From the NCBI GenBank assembly GCA_002245135.1, contig NGBS01001191.1:1-57562 (forward strand): 57,562 nt of DNA, in the 5' to 3' direction. The stretch is from Proteromonas lacertae. Its lineage: Eukaryota. Shown one piece after another: positions 14,644-27,074 of this stretch (positions within the stretch are counted from its first letter, which is position 1; each line of letters starts with the position of its first letter). The notes under the pieces were generated by a model. That model searched no databases, was not told where the DNA came from, and saw nothing but the letters and a program-made list of their open reading frames with translations. Made by a program: the position numbers and the translations under genes.

Positions 14644-16046
14644 ATGAATGAGAATTGTGAGAAGAAACAAGAACTAGGCACATCCAATCAACAAGAAGAA
14701 ATAGAAAATGCACAAAAGAAGTATAGAAAACCTGCAATTGACAAGAAAAAGAAGCAAGAATACGAAGATAGTTTAATTCAGGAATGGAGAAGGACATGGT
14801 ATGGGATTTGTTATATTCATTATTACAATTTAGTACATATATGAGATATAGAGATGAAAAATCGAAGCAAAAGCAGGAATTGGAAATATCAACAGAGCCA
14901 GGTATATTTATAAAGAATATGATGGTATAGAGATAGTTGAAGATAAGAAAGATGATAATCAAAATGTTGAAGAAGAAAAGAAGATAGAAGAAAAACAATC
15001 AAAAATTAATAATAAGATCGACATAAATGAACCAAAAGAAGATAATGATGTTAAAAGCAATGAATATGACGAGAATAAAGATATAGAAAATGAAAATGAA
15101 AGGGATATTAAATCAGATGATGATAATAATGAAAAAGAAGAAGAAAAAGTAGAAGAAACAAAAGAAAGTGAAATAGAGAAAGAAAAGGAAAAGGAGAAGG
15201 AGAAAAATGATCATCCAAAAACATCTGCTCCAAAACAAACCAAAAAACAAGAACCATCAAAAAAAGTATCAGAATCAACAATTGATAAACTACTGAATCA
15301 TGCAGCTAGAGGAAGAGTAGAAAAAGTAATATATTATTTAGATTGGAAACATGTTCCAATAGATAGTAGGAATTCAAGAGGAATGACTGCATTATATTGT
15401 GCTTGTGAAGAAGGTAAAGCAAAATGTGTAAAAGAATTATTATATAGAAATGCTAATATATATATTCCTGATATAGAAAATGAAAGAACTCCATTACATG
15501 CAGTTGCTAGTAATGGAAATGATGAAGATTATGTTGAATGTGCTAAATTATTGATTGAGTATTATAACAAGAATAAAAACAATTACGGAAATGTTGATTA
15601 TTTGAATTTGTTAGATAAATATGGAATGACTGCTGTTATTGCTGCTGCTCAAATAAGAAATTATAATATAATAAAAGTGTTAGCTGAGAATAATGTGAAA
15701 TTGAATAAAAAAGATGAAGTATATATAAAATATATATAAATATTAAATGATGAGAGGTTTGAGGTATGAAATAGTCTCAAATACATTAATGAAAGATATA
15801 TATAAAGTTTCCTTAATGTTATTCTGATATAGATATTATCATATATTTTATTTTATTATGAAATAGACTGGTTGGAGTGCTTTACATTATGCAGCTTTTA
15901 ATAATGATATTGATACAGCAAGAATATTGCTGGAAAGTGGTGCTAGAAAGGATATAACAGACAAAGAGAAAATAACTCCTCAAGATTGGGCTGAGACTGA
16001 TAGTAAAACTGAAGTTGCTGTGTTTATTAAGAAGTTTAAAAAGTAA
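14644..16046 (+). CDS. Ankyrin-repeat protein with a charged low-complexity N-terminus
   Basis: GMTALYCAC, ERTPLHAVA, GMTAVIAAA and TGWSALHYAA ankyrin motifs; 2 introns, with probable indels in the N-terminal part. Confidence 0.75.
15747..15827 (+). ncRNA. Candidate intronic box C/D snoRNA
   Basis: ATGATGA (15747-15753) and CTGA (15824-15827) span 81 nt inside a 148-nt intron (15719-15866), far longer than typical local introns; two internal hairpins. Confidence 0.5.
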
Positions 16047-16156
16047 ATATTGTGAAAAGAAAGAAAATAATTTAATATTTTAATTTATTTAGAATTGTTT
16101 ATTTTATTTTTGAAAATAAATAAAATAATATAATTATTAAAATTAAGGAATATTTA

Positions 16157-18018
16157 TTAATGAAAAGACTTTAATATTGAATTTTCTTCTCTCAATTTTC
16201 TTACTTCCATTTTCAATTCATTCACACTATTCTCATATGTAGTTTTCAATTCATTCTGTTGATTTTCAAATTCTCTTATTAATTCCAATTTCATATTCTC
16301 CAACTCTGAATGAAAATTAAAACTCATTTCATGTATTAATGGTTCAAATACACTTTGAATCAATCTGATTAAAGATGGATCATTAGACTCAGGAATAAAA
16401 TTCTATACATTATTATATATTAGTATATATATACATTTACATCTGGTAGTGAATTATTTTCTAAAAGTGGATTAATCTCTTCCATTGATTTACTTGTTGT
16501 TGTAGTTGTTGTGTGTATATGATTATTTTTATGTAAATAAGGTGGAGGTAATTCAGATTGTTGTTGCTGTTGTTGAATGATTATATCATTATCATTGTAA
16601 TTATATTCATTTTCAACAAACTCCTGTTGTTGTGGTTGTGGTTGTGGTTGTTGTATTGGTGGTAGTGGTGATGATGTAGATGGAGTTTGATTAAAACTTG
16701 AATTATGCCTCGCTTCTGATTGGATATTATTATTATTGTTACTATTATTATTGATATATTGCGGTGAGAATATTGAATTCATTGATGATTCATTTGGCAT
16801 CATATTGTTACTACTTATAGATTGTCCAAATAGAGATGCTAATAAGGAAATATACATAAACAATTATATAATATATACAAATACCACTAACAGATGAACT
16901 TTTACTCATCTCTCCATCTATATATCTTTTAAATTCAATATAATTTGTATGATCATTATATATTTTCTTTTCACATAGTTGTTGACCCATTTCTAATATC
17001 ATATATAATCACCTAATCGATATAATTATATAAATATTCAAATATACTGAACCAGAAAGTGTTCCAACACCTATAAAACATCCATTATAACTTAAACTCA
17101 AACATGTTAATGGATCAAAACATGATATTACTTTCACTGGTCTATATATATATATATATATATATAAATATACCTTTTTTCATTCATTGATAATATTGAT
17201 ATTGTTTTATCAAGCGATGTTCCACATATTAGGTTTTGATCTGTCATTGAAAACTGACAACCTGATACTGGTGACTGAAATGTATTTTCATATTTCTTTA
17301 CATTCTATTTTGATAATAACATTAATAAGGAATAAATACTTGTCCAGTTCTACAATCCCAAATATCAATATCACCTTTATCATTTCCACTTACAATATAA
17401 TGTTTCTTAAATGATGAATTATGTAAGCATCTTATAGCTTTTACTGGATCTACAGGTTGTAATGTAAAGGCTAACTTCTTCTGTTGTACATTATGTGCTA
17501 GTAGTTCACCACTGTAATTTGATGATACTATATAACCTTCATTTGCACCAAATGTTATTGCTGTTATTCCTGCAGAATGGCCTGGTAATGAGCATATTAG
17601 TGGTGAATGATCTGGCTTGCATTTTAAATCCCATATTTTTACTATTTGATCTCTTCCTCCACTACCTACATATCGACATTTTGTTGAAAATGTTAAACAA
17701 ACTACTGAGGCTATACGATATTTATATTATATTTTAATAGAATACATCTTTTATTACTTTGCTCATCTATGTTTACAAATGTATGATGAATATTCCAAGA
17801 TTTTGTATCTAATATGTTTATCTTTCCATCATCTCCTCCAGTAATTAAATATTTATCTAAAATTATAAATAATGAGAATTATTACTATTATGATTCCAGT
17901 GTAGAGCATTAATTTCACCTTTATGAGGTTTTGATGTATGATATTGTACTATATCCGAACCTTTAACAGCCCATTCATCAACTGTACTGGAACATGTACA
18001 AAATTGTAAGTCATCCAT
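16157..18018 (-). CDS. NEDD1: NEDD1/GCP-WD gamma-tubulin ring complex targeting protein
   Basis: N-terminal WD40 repeats (LITGGDDGKINI, VGSGGRDQIVKIWD); C-terminal HSELENMKLELIREF...EVRKLREENSILKSFH resembles the NEDD1 tail; about 6 introns. Confidence 0.8.
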
Positions 18019-18053
18019 GAGAATAATAGAAAAATATTATTGAATTTAAATAT

Positions 18054-18066
18054 TCGGTGCGAAAAT
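18054..18066 (-). promoter_or_regulatory. Candidate promoter motif ATTTTCGCACCGA upstream of NEDD1
   Basis: Identical 13-mer also occurs at 34600-34612. Confidence 0.4.
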
Positions 18067-18113
18067 ATTTTCATTGCCCAAATTCAAAAAACAATTTAAA
18101 AATGTAAAAACAA

Positions 18114-19045
18114 TTATAAAGATTCAAGCACAGCTAAATAATATGTCAAAGTGAGGGAATTCTGTATGACTACACAGTGAAAAACCAAAGAATCATTTCC
18201 AAGACCTATAATCAAATAAATCTACATAAATAATACAGCAAATTACATTACTAGGCTGACAATAACCATATCCAAGCATTCTAGAAAAGTATTTTGCATC
18301 TACTTTTATTTCAACTTCTCTTTTATCAATTGTATTGTCTTTATTATGAACTGTTAAATCAGCAAATCGTGTTTCGATTGTCATACTATCAGATAGAACT
18401 CTACATTATTAGTCATGAATACAAATTAATACTTGAATAGTAGTTGACCATCTTTATTACCTTTTATATATAAAAATGAATCTGTCATTTTCATGGTTGT
18501 AAAGAAATGCTTAAAAATATCTAAACTAGGAAAATCAATCATTATTTCTGGAGGTTCTGTGGTTGGTTCATCATATAGAGCTGAATCTTGACTATCTACT
18601 AAAGATATTGGTGCTTCTTGTGTAACAGTGATTAAATCAGTCATTTCAATGATTATAGAGAATATCGGATTGTTATCTTTTTTGCTTAATTGAATCATAA
18701 CATTTGTAGCTTTGTTTGATCCTGCTAATGCCTTTGCCATTATTTTATTTTGGAATTTTATTAATATATGATTATTACTTTTACTTTCTACACGATAATA
18801 ATAAAACAAAACTGACTATAACATATTAAATTGTTGAAATATACAGGATCAATAGTGACATAGGCAGAAGCACCTTCATTTGATGGAAATGTTGTAAGAT
18901 GAACGGAATCCGGCGAGAAATGAATGACAGTCTCTGGACCTACTTTATCTAATGTTTGGAAGACATCTAAACATATATTAATTTGACCATTTATACTATG
19001 TAGCAATGATGCATATTCTCCAACTAATTTACATCTAAATTTCAT
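18114..19045 (-). CDS. HUS1: 9-1-1 checkpoint clamp subunit HUS1
   Basis: MKFRCKL start, YRVES..NNHI, IQLSKK...P, VTQEAPI, EP..EPP, IKGNKDGQL, VDAKYFSRML, LTYYL; 4 introns. Confidence 0.85.
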
Positions 19046-19084
19046 TTTATATGATGAGATAAATCAAAAAGAATAAAATTGTAC

Positions 19085-19093
19085 TTTTGGCGG
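19085..19093. promoter_or_regulatory. E2F-like site TTTTGGCGG in the HUS1 divergent promoter
   Basis: Matches the TTTSSCGS consensus; a CG-containing word is rare in this AT-rich background. Confidence 0.3.
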
Positions 19094-19140
19094 TTTTGGA
19101 ACTGGTTAGTGAAAATTTTTCATTCAAAAATAAAATAACT

Positions 19141-20511
19141 ATGAATGAAGATGACAGATATATAATTGACTCCATATTGAGTCACTTTAAAGCTGATGTG
19201 AAGGAAGTATATATTTTATTTGTAATATCCAGATTATTGATGAAGTTAAAGAATCAAAATTTGAAACAGAATACAACGAATTGTGGATGTTGCTTACAAC
19301 CACAAGAACATGAAAAAATTCATGAAGTATATATGCTTTTAATTGTGTGTAGTATACTACAAGAATATTGTTAAGCGTTGCAAATAAGTTAAAAGATTTA
19401 GTTCCAAAATGGTTAGAGAAATATATACCTATAATTAATCCCAAAATAGCTAGTTACGAAATGGATGATGAAATTCACAAACAATTAGCTATAAAATTAT
19501 CACCGACTATTGGATCTATTTGTTGTGTAGATTTTCTATATAAGCGAAGTGAAGTACCAACAAATATTACATTTGATACATTAATTGAGGAATTATCAGG
19601 CGAACTTGATTTGAATGAAATACAAAATGTAGTCACACCTATGATAAACAAGTATATATAAATATAAATTAATGTATTAATATAAATAGATTATGCTTAA
19701 CCCCAGAAATGTCAAGCATTTTAGTTCATTATTTTTGTCCAGAATCTTTATTAGACTATGAACTACCAACATTATTCTACGGCTAATAGTGGAGATGGAG
19801 ATATCAAATCATATATCAAGTCAACAGGAATATTCCCATTACAATTATTAGCAGAATGTAGTGAAGATTGTTGGAGTGCTTTAATATGTGTTATAATCTT
19901 TCTACATAGTGGAATAAGTCCAGATATGATTGATCGAAATGGAGGAACTGCTTTACAAATATCCACTTCACATAATGGACCATTATTTAATTATCTTATA
20001 CATTATGTTATAGATAAGCAAAAGAGTAGTGATTCTATGTTGGGATTAACTCCAATATCAACACCTTCACATAAGAATAGAAGAATGAAAATTACTAATA
20101 ACCCTGCTGTTGTATATATATATATATATATGATTTGAATAGAGTAGATTTAAAATGGAAATGAGAGAACCAGTATATAATATTTGATTTTGTTATTATT
20201 AAATAGTCTCCATTAACTAAGAATGAATCGAAAGATGATTTGATGAAAATACCACCATTTAGACCAGTATATTAATATTTTATAATTTATTATTATTATA
20301 TGAATATATATAGAATGTAAAAACAATAGATGATTTGACTAAAGAAATAGAATCACTTAGAACAACTATGAAAGATATGGAGGAGATGTTTATGACAAGC
20401 ATTAAGATGATTGGTGAAAAAGTGGGATTATCTCAGCAAGATTTACACCTTACTCCTTCAATTCCACCTTTGAATAGGTTGAAACAAGTAATGAGTGAAT
20501 GTAAGTTTTGA
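19141..20511 (+). CDS. Hypothetical protein (about 6 introns; C-terminal coiled coil)
   Basis: Exons join through short GT-AG introns; no family recognised. Confidence 0.55.
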
Positions 20512-20636
20512 ATATAATTTGTTTATAAATAATGTTTAAGTATTTGATGCTGTTATGATAGAGAAAAAAAGAAATAAAGAAATTGTTTAAAAAAATAGAG
20601 TTGTTTCATTTTTAGAAAATTTAAAAATTTGGTTGA

Positions 20637-21472
20637 ATGTCAGCTAAAGTTGAGCCAGAAGTTCAGCAAATACCAAAGCCACCAGAATTGAATAATAATA
20701 CACAAGCCTTACCTGATAATGTGAAAGAATCAGATAATGTACTTCCAACAGCAGAACATTCAGAACAAGCAGAAAATTCAAATATAAGTAATGAAGTTGA
20801 GGATGTAAGTGATGATGAATTTAGTGCAGAAGACTTTATGTTAAATCCACCTGAAATATTGAAAAAAGATCATATTCATGAGTTGCAGGTATCTATTTAT
20901 ACGTTTAACTATCATTATATAGGGAAGAGAAGCTGCAGCTAGATTGATTAAAGCAATGATGATGAAACCAGAAGAGGAAGAGGATGAAACCCCAAGAGAA
21001 CCATATGTATATATTCATGAAATTATATTATTAGTATTGGGAAGAATTCCCAGATGAAGTACCAACAAAACGAGTTGTTTATGATAATATGAGATATTAT
21101 GGAAATAATTTATTATACTATATGGAAAGAGCAGGAAATGTATTAACACACTTATTTGGTTTGGATCAAAGAGAGTTTCAAGATGTTATTGATGAGCATG
21201 AAAGAATAGTCGAAGCAAGAAGAATAAGGAAATTAAAAGAACAAAAGAGAAGAGAAAGAGAGGCAAAGAACTTAGATAAAATGGAACAAGGAAATGAAGA
21301 GAAGAGCAATGAATTGATTAATAATGAAAGTAGTGATAGTGATTCTTCCTCAGATGACGATGAATTAAGAGTGAATGTGATAATTATTAGACTTCATTTA
21401 TATTTATGGTGTGTATTTCTTAGTATTACTTTAACGGGCTATTTAAAAACATTAAATATAAAAAATATATAA
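20637..21472 (+). CDS. Hypothetical charged protein (2 introns; 3' end uncertain)
   Basis: ORFs 20637-20942 and 21089-21472 are linked by short GT-AG introns; the last ~30 codons look UTR-like. Confidence 0.55.
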
Positions 21473-21491
21473 TATATTAAAATGATAGAAA

Positions 21492-22337
21492 TTAAAGTGA
21501 ATAGTCCAGAATAAATTCTTTATAATCCCAATTACCTTTAACTGAGAATGGATCACTTATAACTACACCATCTGAACTTACTTTACCAAGGATAAACTAA
21601 TAAAAATATATAACTTAATAAAAATACTCGATTTAAAGCACGATCATGACGATATGTTGCGATTTTCATACATTCTTCTATCAAACCTTTACATTCACCT
21701 TCACTTATATTCTCATGCCATTGATTTCGAAGTAAAGGAGTGGCTAAATGAGACCAAAATCCTGTACAAATGAAATTATCAGTGTATTCACTGCCTAAAT
21801 AATCGCTTATTCCTAAATAGGGTTTGGCATTCTCTATTCCAGCAAATAATAAACTATTACAAATAAAATCACCTTTGTTTCTTCTTCGGTATTGTAAAGT
21901 AGAAAAATAGGAATTCAATTTGGAAGCTTTTATTTCTTCTTGATCATTTAAACAATATTCTGCTATTCTATTTCATACAAATAAATATAAATAACATATA
22001 AATATAAAAATATACAATTTCTTTTCTATCTCATCTTTCACAAATTGAAAATCACTCATATCACCGCTGGCACCAACTAGAGTGTGTTTACCTACTGACA
22101 TCAATCTTTTGGTGTTTTTGAACATCTTCATTGAACCATACGTTGCTATTTATTATCAATAAATACAGCAATATTTTATACTTAAGGTATCACATGCCAT
22201 CATTACACCATCGGAGTATTTTACAGCTAAAACACCTCCAGCCATACAAACAGGACTTCTACATCATATATATGCATAATATAATACGATGTTATTTGTG
22301 TTGGTTGTGAAACAGGAACTTGAATCTTGGGATACAT
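21492..22337 (-). CDS. PSMB4: 20S proteasome subunit beta7 (PSMB4/Pre4), copy 1
   Basis: PV..AGGVLAVKYSDGVMMACDTL, YGS, VGASGDMSDFQ, QYRRRNK, TGF..HLATPLLR, YRHDRA, GNWDY; 4 introns. Confidence 0.9.
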
Positions 22338-22418
22338 TAAATTCAATTTTAAGAAAAGAAGAAGTAAAAGAACATGTAAATTACCTTCAAATCTATTTTG
22401 AATATTTATTTGCATTTT

Positions 22419-24018
22419 ATGTCAGAAGAAGTATATCCGACAATAGGTGAATGTACGAATGGAGTAGATACAGATGATAATGGTGTGACAAGTATATTGA
22501 TAATTAGTAATAAATTTTGTTTAGGTCTTGAAAGTTTATGTCCAAACTGTGAGAAGAATGGTGTGACGAAGATATTATTAACCAAAATCCCATTTTTTCG
22601 AGATATAATCTTGATGGCTTTTGAATGTATATTTTATGAAAATTATATAATAAAATGAAAAATAATACTGAAATTGAATAGGTGGTCATTGTGGTTTTAA
22701 GAATAGTGAAGTTCAAAGTGGAAGTGAAATATCAGAAAAAGGTTGTTTATATCACTTTAACAGTTTCAAATGAAAAAGTATGATTTGTAATTTATTTAAT
22801 GTATGTTTGTGAATAGGATTTGAATCGACAAGTAATAAAGTCCAATTCTGGTGTAGTTCGAATTCCTGAGTTAGATTTTGAAATTCCTTCCATAACTCAA
22901 CAAGGAGTATTATCAACAATAGAAGGTATAATAATGTCTGCTCGAGATGCGATATTAATGGGTCAAGAAGAACGAAGAAAGATCGATCCAACAGTAACAG
23001 CTCAAATAGATTTATTTATTCAAAATCTATCAAAGTATTTTTTCATTGTTTGTTTATTTATTTATTTACTAGATTAATAACTCCAGAAGGAATGCCATTC
23101 CATTTTATATTAGATGATCCAGCAGGTCAATCTTTTATAGAGAATCCCTATGCTCCACACAGTGATCCAAGATTAGAAATGAATACATATTTCCGAACAA
23201 AAGAACAACAAATAGCTTTAGGAGTTGCTTTACCAGATGATATAGCCAATGAGAATGGAGAAGAGAATAAAGATGAAAATGTAAGTGATTATGATAGTTT
23301 AAAGATAAAAGAAGAAAAGATCCGTTTTGATAGTAGTAGTACAAATACTGAGAAAGAAGTGATGGAATTTGAAACAAATTGCTATGCTTGTAGTAAGAAA
23401 GGTTCAACGAAGATGTGTGTAACAGATATACCTAATTTCAAAGAAATAATAATAATGTCATTTCAATGTGATCATTGTGGATATAAATGTAATGAAATAA
23501 AAGGAGGAGGTGCAATTCCAAGTGAAGGTGAAATAATCACATTGAAAGTGACAAAAGAAACAAGTCATGAAGATTTAACTCGAGATTTTATCAAAAGTGA
23601 TTCAGCTGAAATAGAAATACCAGAATTAGATTTCAGTATGGAACCTGGAACAATGGGTGGAATGTATACTTCAGTTGAAGGTGTATTAGCAGTAATAATT
23701 GAGAAAATTGGAATGGGATTGAATTATTATTTTGATGGAGATTCAGCTGCAAAAGAAAGAAAAGTTGAATTTGAAAAATTTATAAATGAGTTAAAACTAT
23801 GCAAAGATGGAAAGAGAGATTTTAGTTTGATAGTAAAAGATCCATTAGCTAATAGTTGGATATTCAGTCCATGTGAAGTTGATGAAAGATTAAAAGTCGA
23901 AAAATATACACGTTCTGAAGAAGAGAATGAAGATTTAGGAATATTAGACATGAAAACTGATAATTATACAACTGAATTAACGACAATAAATGATGGAGAG
24001 AAAGAAGAAGAAAAGTGA
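22419..24018 (+). CDS. ZPR1: Zinc finger protein ZPR1, copy 1
   Basis: Two C4 zinc finger plus A/B modules ([28 protein letters not shown]), [16 protein letters not shown]; 4 introns; one apparent +1 indel near 22747. Confidence 0.95.
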
Positions 24019-24236
24019 AAGTTGATTGGCTTGTTTTTATTTTTTCAAGTTTTAGTTTAATAAAAATTGTGTTGTATTCACTATATGTCATGCAATAAGA
24101 AAATCATTAACATGCAAAAATTAATGAAGATTGAATTGTATCCGTTATAATGGTGATGAGTCAAACTGTTTGTCGTTAATAAATAGCTTTTCAAAGCTGT
24201 TTTATGAGCATTGTATTGTTACAAAATAAATATCAC

Positions 24237-25870
24237 ATGGATGCATCACCAGAACCAGAAATACTAGACACACTAGTAAAAGATGACAAGATTGAAGAAG
24301 ATATCAACTCACGCGACTCATTCCTTCAAAACCATATCATTGTAAGTAAATTAGTAGAAGATAGAAAGATCTTAGAAGGAAGATGTATTAAACTTAGAAA
24401 ATCCTCCAGACAGTTAAACCCTACATACTCTGAACCTTACCACAATCCTCCTGCAGCAGATAGTAAAGACTCTTCAAGAAGGTTTAGTGTGACAGAACCA
24501 GATAAAAACGAAATATCTCGTATTCGTATTTGTATTTAGTATATAGTGTCATTACCACCACAAAAACTCTATAAAATATTAGCTGCCCATATTGGCTCAT
24601 GTTATTTTGTGTATGAACATAATTATTCTATTCAATCAATAGAACTATGACTGACTATACCGATAATATTAATCGTGCTATACTAATAACAGTATTTATA
24701 TAATATATATTATAATTCCTTAGAGAATTGATCAATTATCTGATTTATTAAACCAAGCTCCTGATATCTTTCTGTCAAAAGACTGTATGGATTCTTTCAT
24801 TGGATTAATTCAAAGTCATTTATGTTATGATCAATTAATTCAACACCCACCTTCAACAGCAGATGATGATTATGATATAGAATCTCCCTATTGGGATATA
24901 AGAGAGAGAATATACGATTTAATGATACAATATATCAATTCAGATAGAGCATCTTCTTCTATGACTTTGACTATGATTAATAATAAGTTTTTATCTGATT
25001 TAATGAGTAATTTTAATAGTGCAGATGAGAGAGAAAGAGATAAATTGAAAGTACTTATTCATAAGTATATGTTTTATTTTTTTATTATTTAAATAGTATT
25101 TATAAACGTCTATCTAAAAGAAGATTATTTATAAGAAAGAGAATGTTTGATATATTAATGACTGCAGTAGAAACTGATGAAATGTGCATTGGAGCTGGAG
25201 AAATGTTTGAAATTATATCTTGCATTATCAAAGGATTAGCACCACCATTGAGAAAAGAATATCATGATATTGTACCACATATATTGATAGAATGCCTTAG
25301 AGTATATATATATTATTTAATATCAATTAGATTAAAAATCTAAGTCAAGTTTCTGATAGATTAATCTATTGTTTTGAAAGATTAGTAGCTAAAGATCATT
25401 CATTAGTTAAAACTATTTTGGTTGGATTTTTAAAACATTGGCCTAAAGCTAATTCTACTAAACAATTGTCATTCTTTGAAATGTTACAAGTTATATTCAG
25501 ATATACTAATGAAGATGATATTTTGTCTATTATTAATCCTATATTGTCAAGAATATTATTATCGTTAAAATCTAAAGATTTTAGAGTTGTTCATCAAGCT
25601 AGTTCGTTATTATTTATGTCTAGATCTTTGTTAAATTGTACAAGTAAAATACCATTGACATGCCCATTATTGAATGTTATTGATACTCTACATATGATTT
25701 CTACTTCATTCTGGAATGAGCAAGCAAGAACTACTGCAACTTATGCTTATAAGTTAATTTTATTGCAAGTGAAAAAGGCAGCGCTTGATGAGAGTCAGAA
25801 GAATGAAATTCAGAAGTTTGAAAATGAAAAGAAAAAATTGTTTGATTGGATTCGTGAGATGAATCAATAA
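24237..25870 (+). CDS. Divergent PP2A regulatory subunit B' (B56 family)
   Basis: ESPYW...IY, FNSADERERDKLKVLIHKIY, EII..IIKGLAPPLRKE, LKHWPKANSTK, FRV, SFWN. Confidence 0.8.
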
Positions 25871-25985
25871 CTCTGTACGTTTGTAGATTAATATTAAATA
25901 TTTCTTGTTATTTAAACGATAAAATCATTATGTATGATGATTTTTGTGTTGGCTTGAGATTTTAGCTTGAGAAATATTTATTTAA

Positions 25986-27041
25986 ATGAAGAGAAAATTG
26001 GAGTATAATCAAGAAATATATTGTAGAGATGCATCATTGCCAGTAAATGATAGACTTGCCAAGACTAGATTCACAGATTTCTGTAGAATTAAGAAAATAG
26101 ATCCAAATATTGATATTAAACAGTCTGGACCTCCTCATAATCCTATGTTTACAGCAAGGTATATAAATGAGGAATTATATCTTATAGTATTGACTTAAAT
26201 GTTGATGAGCATGTTTTCAATTGTGTAGCTTTTCATAAAAAGAAGAAAGAAGCAGAGCTGCTAGTTTGTTTGGAATTTGAAAGTCAGTTAAAAGCTGCTG
26301 GCATTTCTTACATAGAAGGAAACAAATACCTTCAAAATCCTCCTAAGAAGATTAAGGAAGATAAAACATCCAATTTAAATACATATAGTAGATTAATTCA
26401 ACAATCAAAAGATGCAATTATAGGATATTGCAGTTATCATAAAATAGCAGAACCACCTATCGAATATACTTCTGAAGGTCCTTCTCATGATTTAACACAT
26501 ATATGTAGTTTAACTTTACCTGATTATACTCATTTTGATGCTCATTTACAGCCTTCATTTAAAACTATAACAGTATCAAGCAAACTAAAGAAAAAAGCAA
26601 CTCAATTCGCATATATAAAAGCAGCAATAGAATTATCATTAATGAATCCTGAACATGTGAAGCAAGAACCAGAGATATGGAATTATATATATCCGAATGA
26701 TCCGATCACAGTAAAAGTTGATAATGAAGGTGAAATATTAGGCATTAATAAAATGAATCAAACAGTACCAACTCAAGTACCTCAAATACAACAAATTCCA
26801 CAAATTCAAGTACCACCTCCTGTAGAACCAATATTACCACCACAAATACCACAAATAAATCTACCATTTCAACAATTACCATATATATGTGATACACATC
26901 CAGAATTAGATCCAAGAATGGCATTGTACAATAGTCAGAATGAGAATACAATCAATAATACAACTGTAAATCCAAACGTCAATTCAAACACTAATACGAA
27001 TGTGAATATGAATAATGTTTCTGAGAAAAGAAAAATTGAAG

Positions 27042-27074
<33 letters not shown>

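Larger units (their letters stand above)
21468..24018. repeat. Copy 1 of a near-identical direct duplication of at least 2.55 kb (copy 2 at 55013-57562)
   Basis: Identity starts at TATAATATATTAAAATGATAG; offset about 33.5 kb. Confidence 0.95.

Noticed and set aside
15789..15828. SECIS-like ATGA...AAA...TGA pattern
   Set aside because: It is intronic, helix pairing is poor, and no in-frame TGA selenoprotein is evident.
22749..22816. ATATCACTTT as a U12 donor that would fix the ZPR1 frameshift
   Set aside because: No plausible acceptor restores the frame, and splicing would delete the ZPR1-like ITLTV segment.
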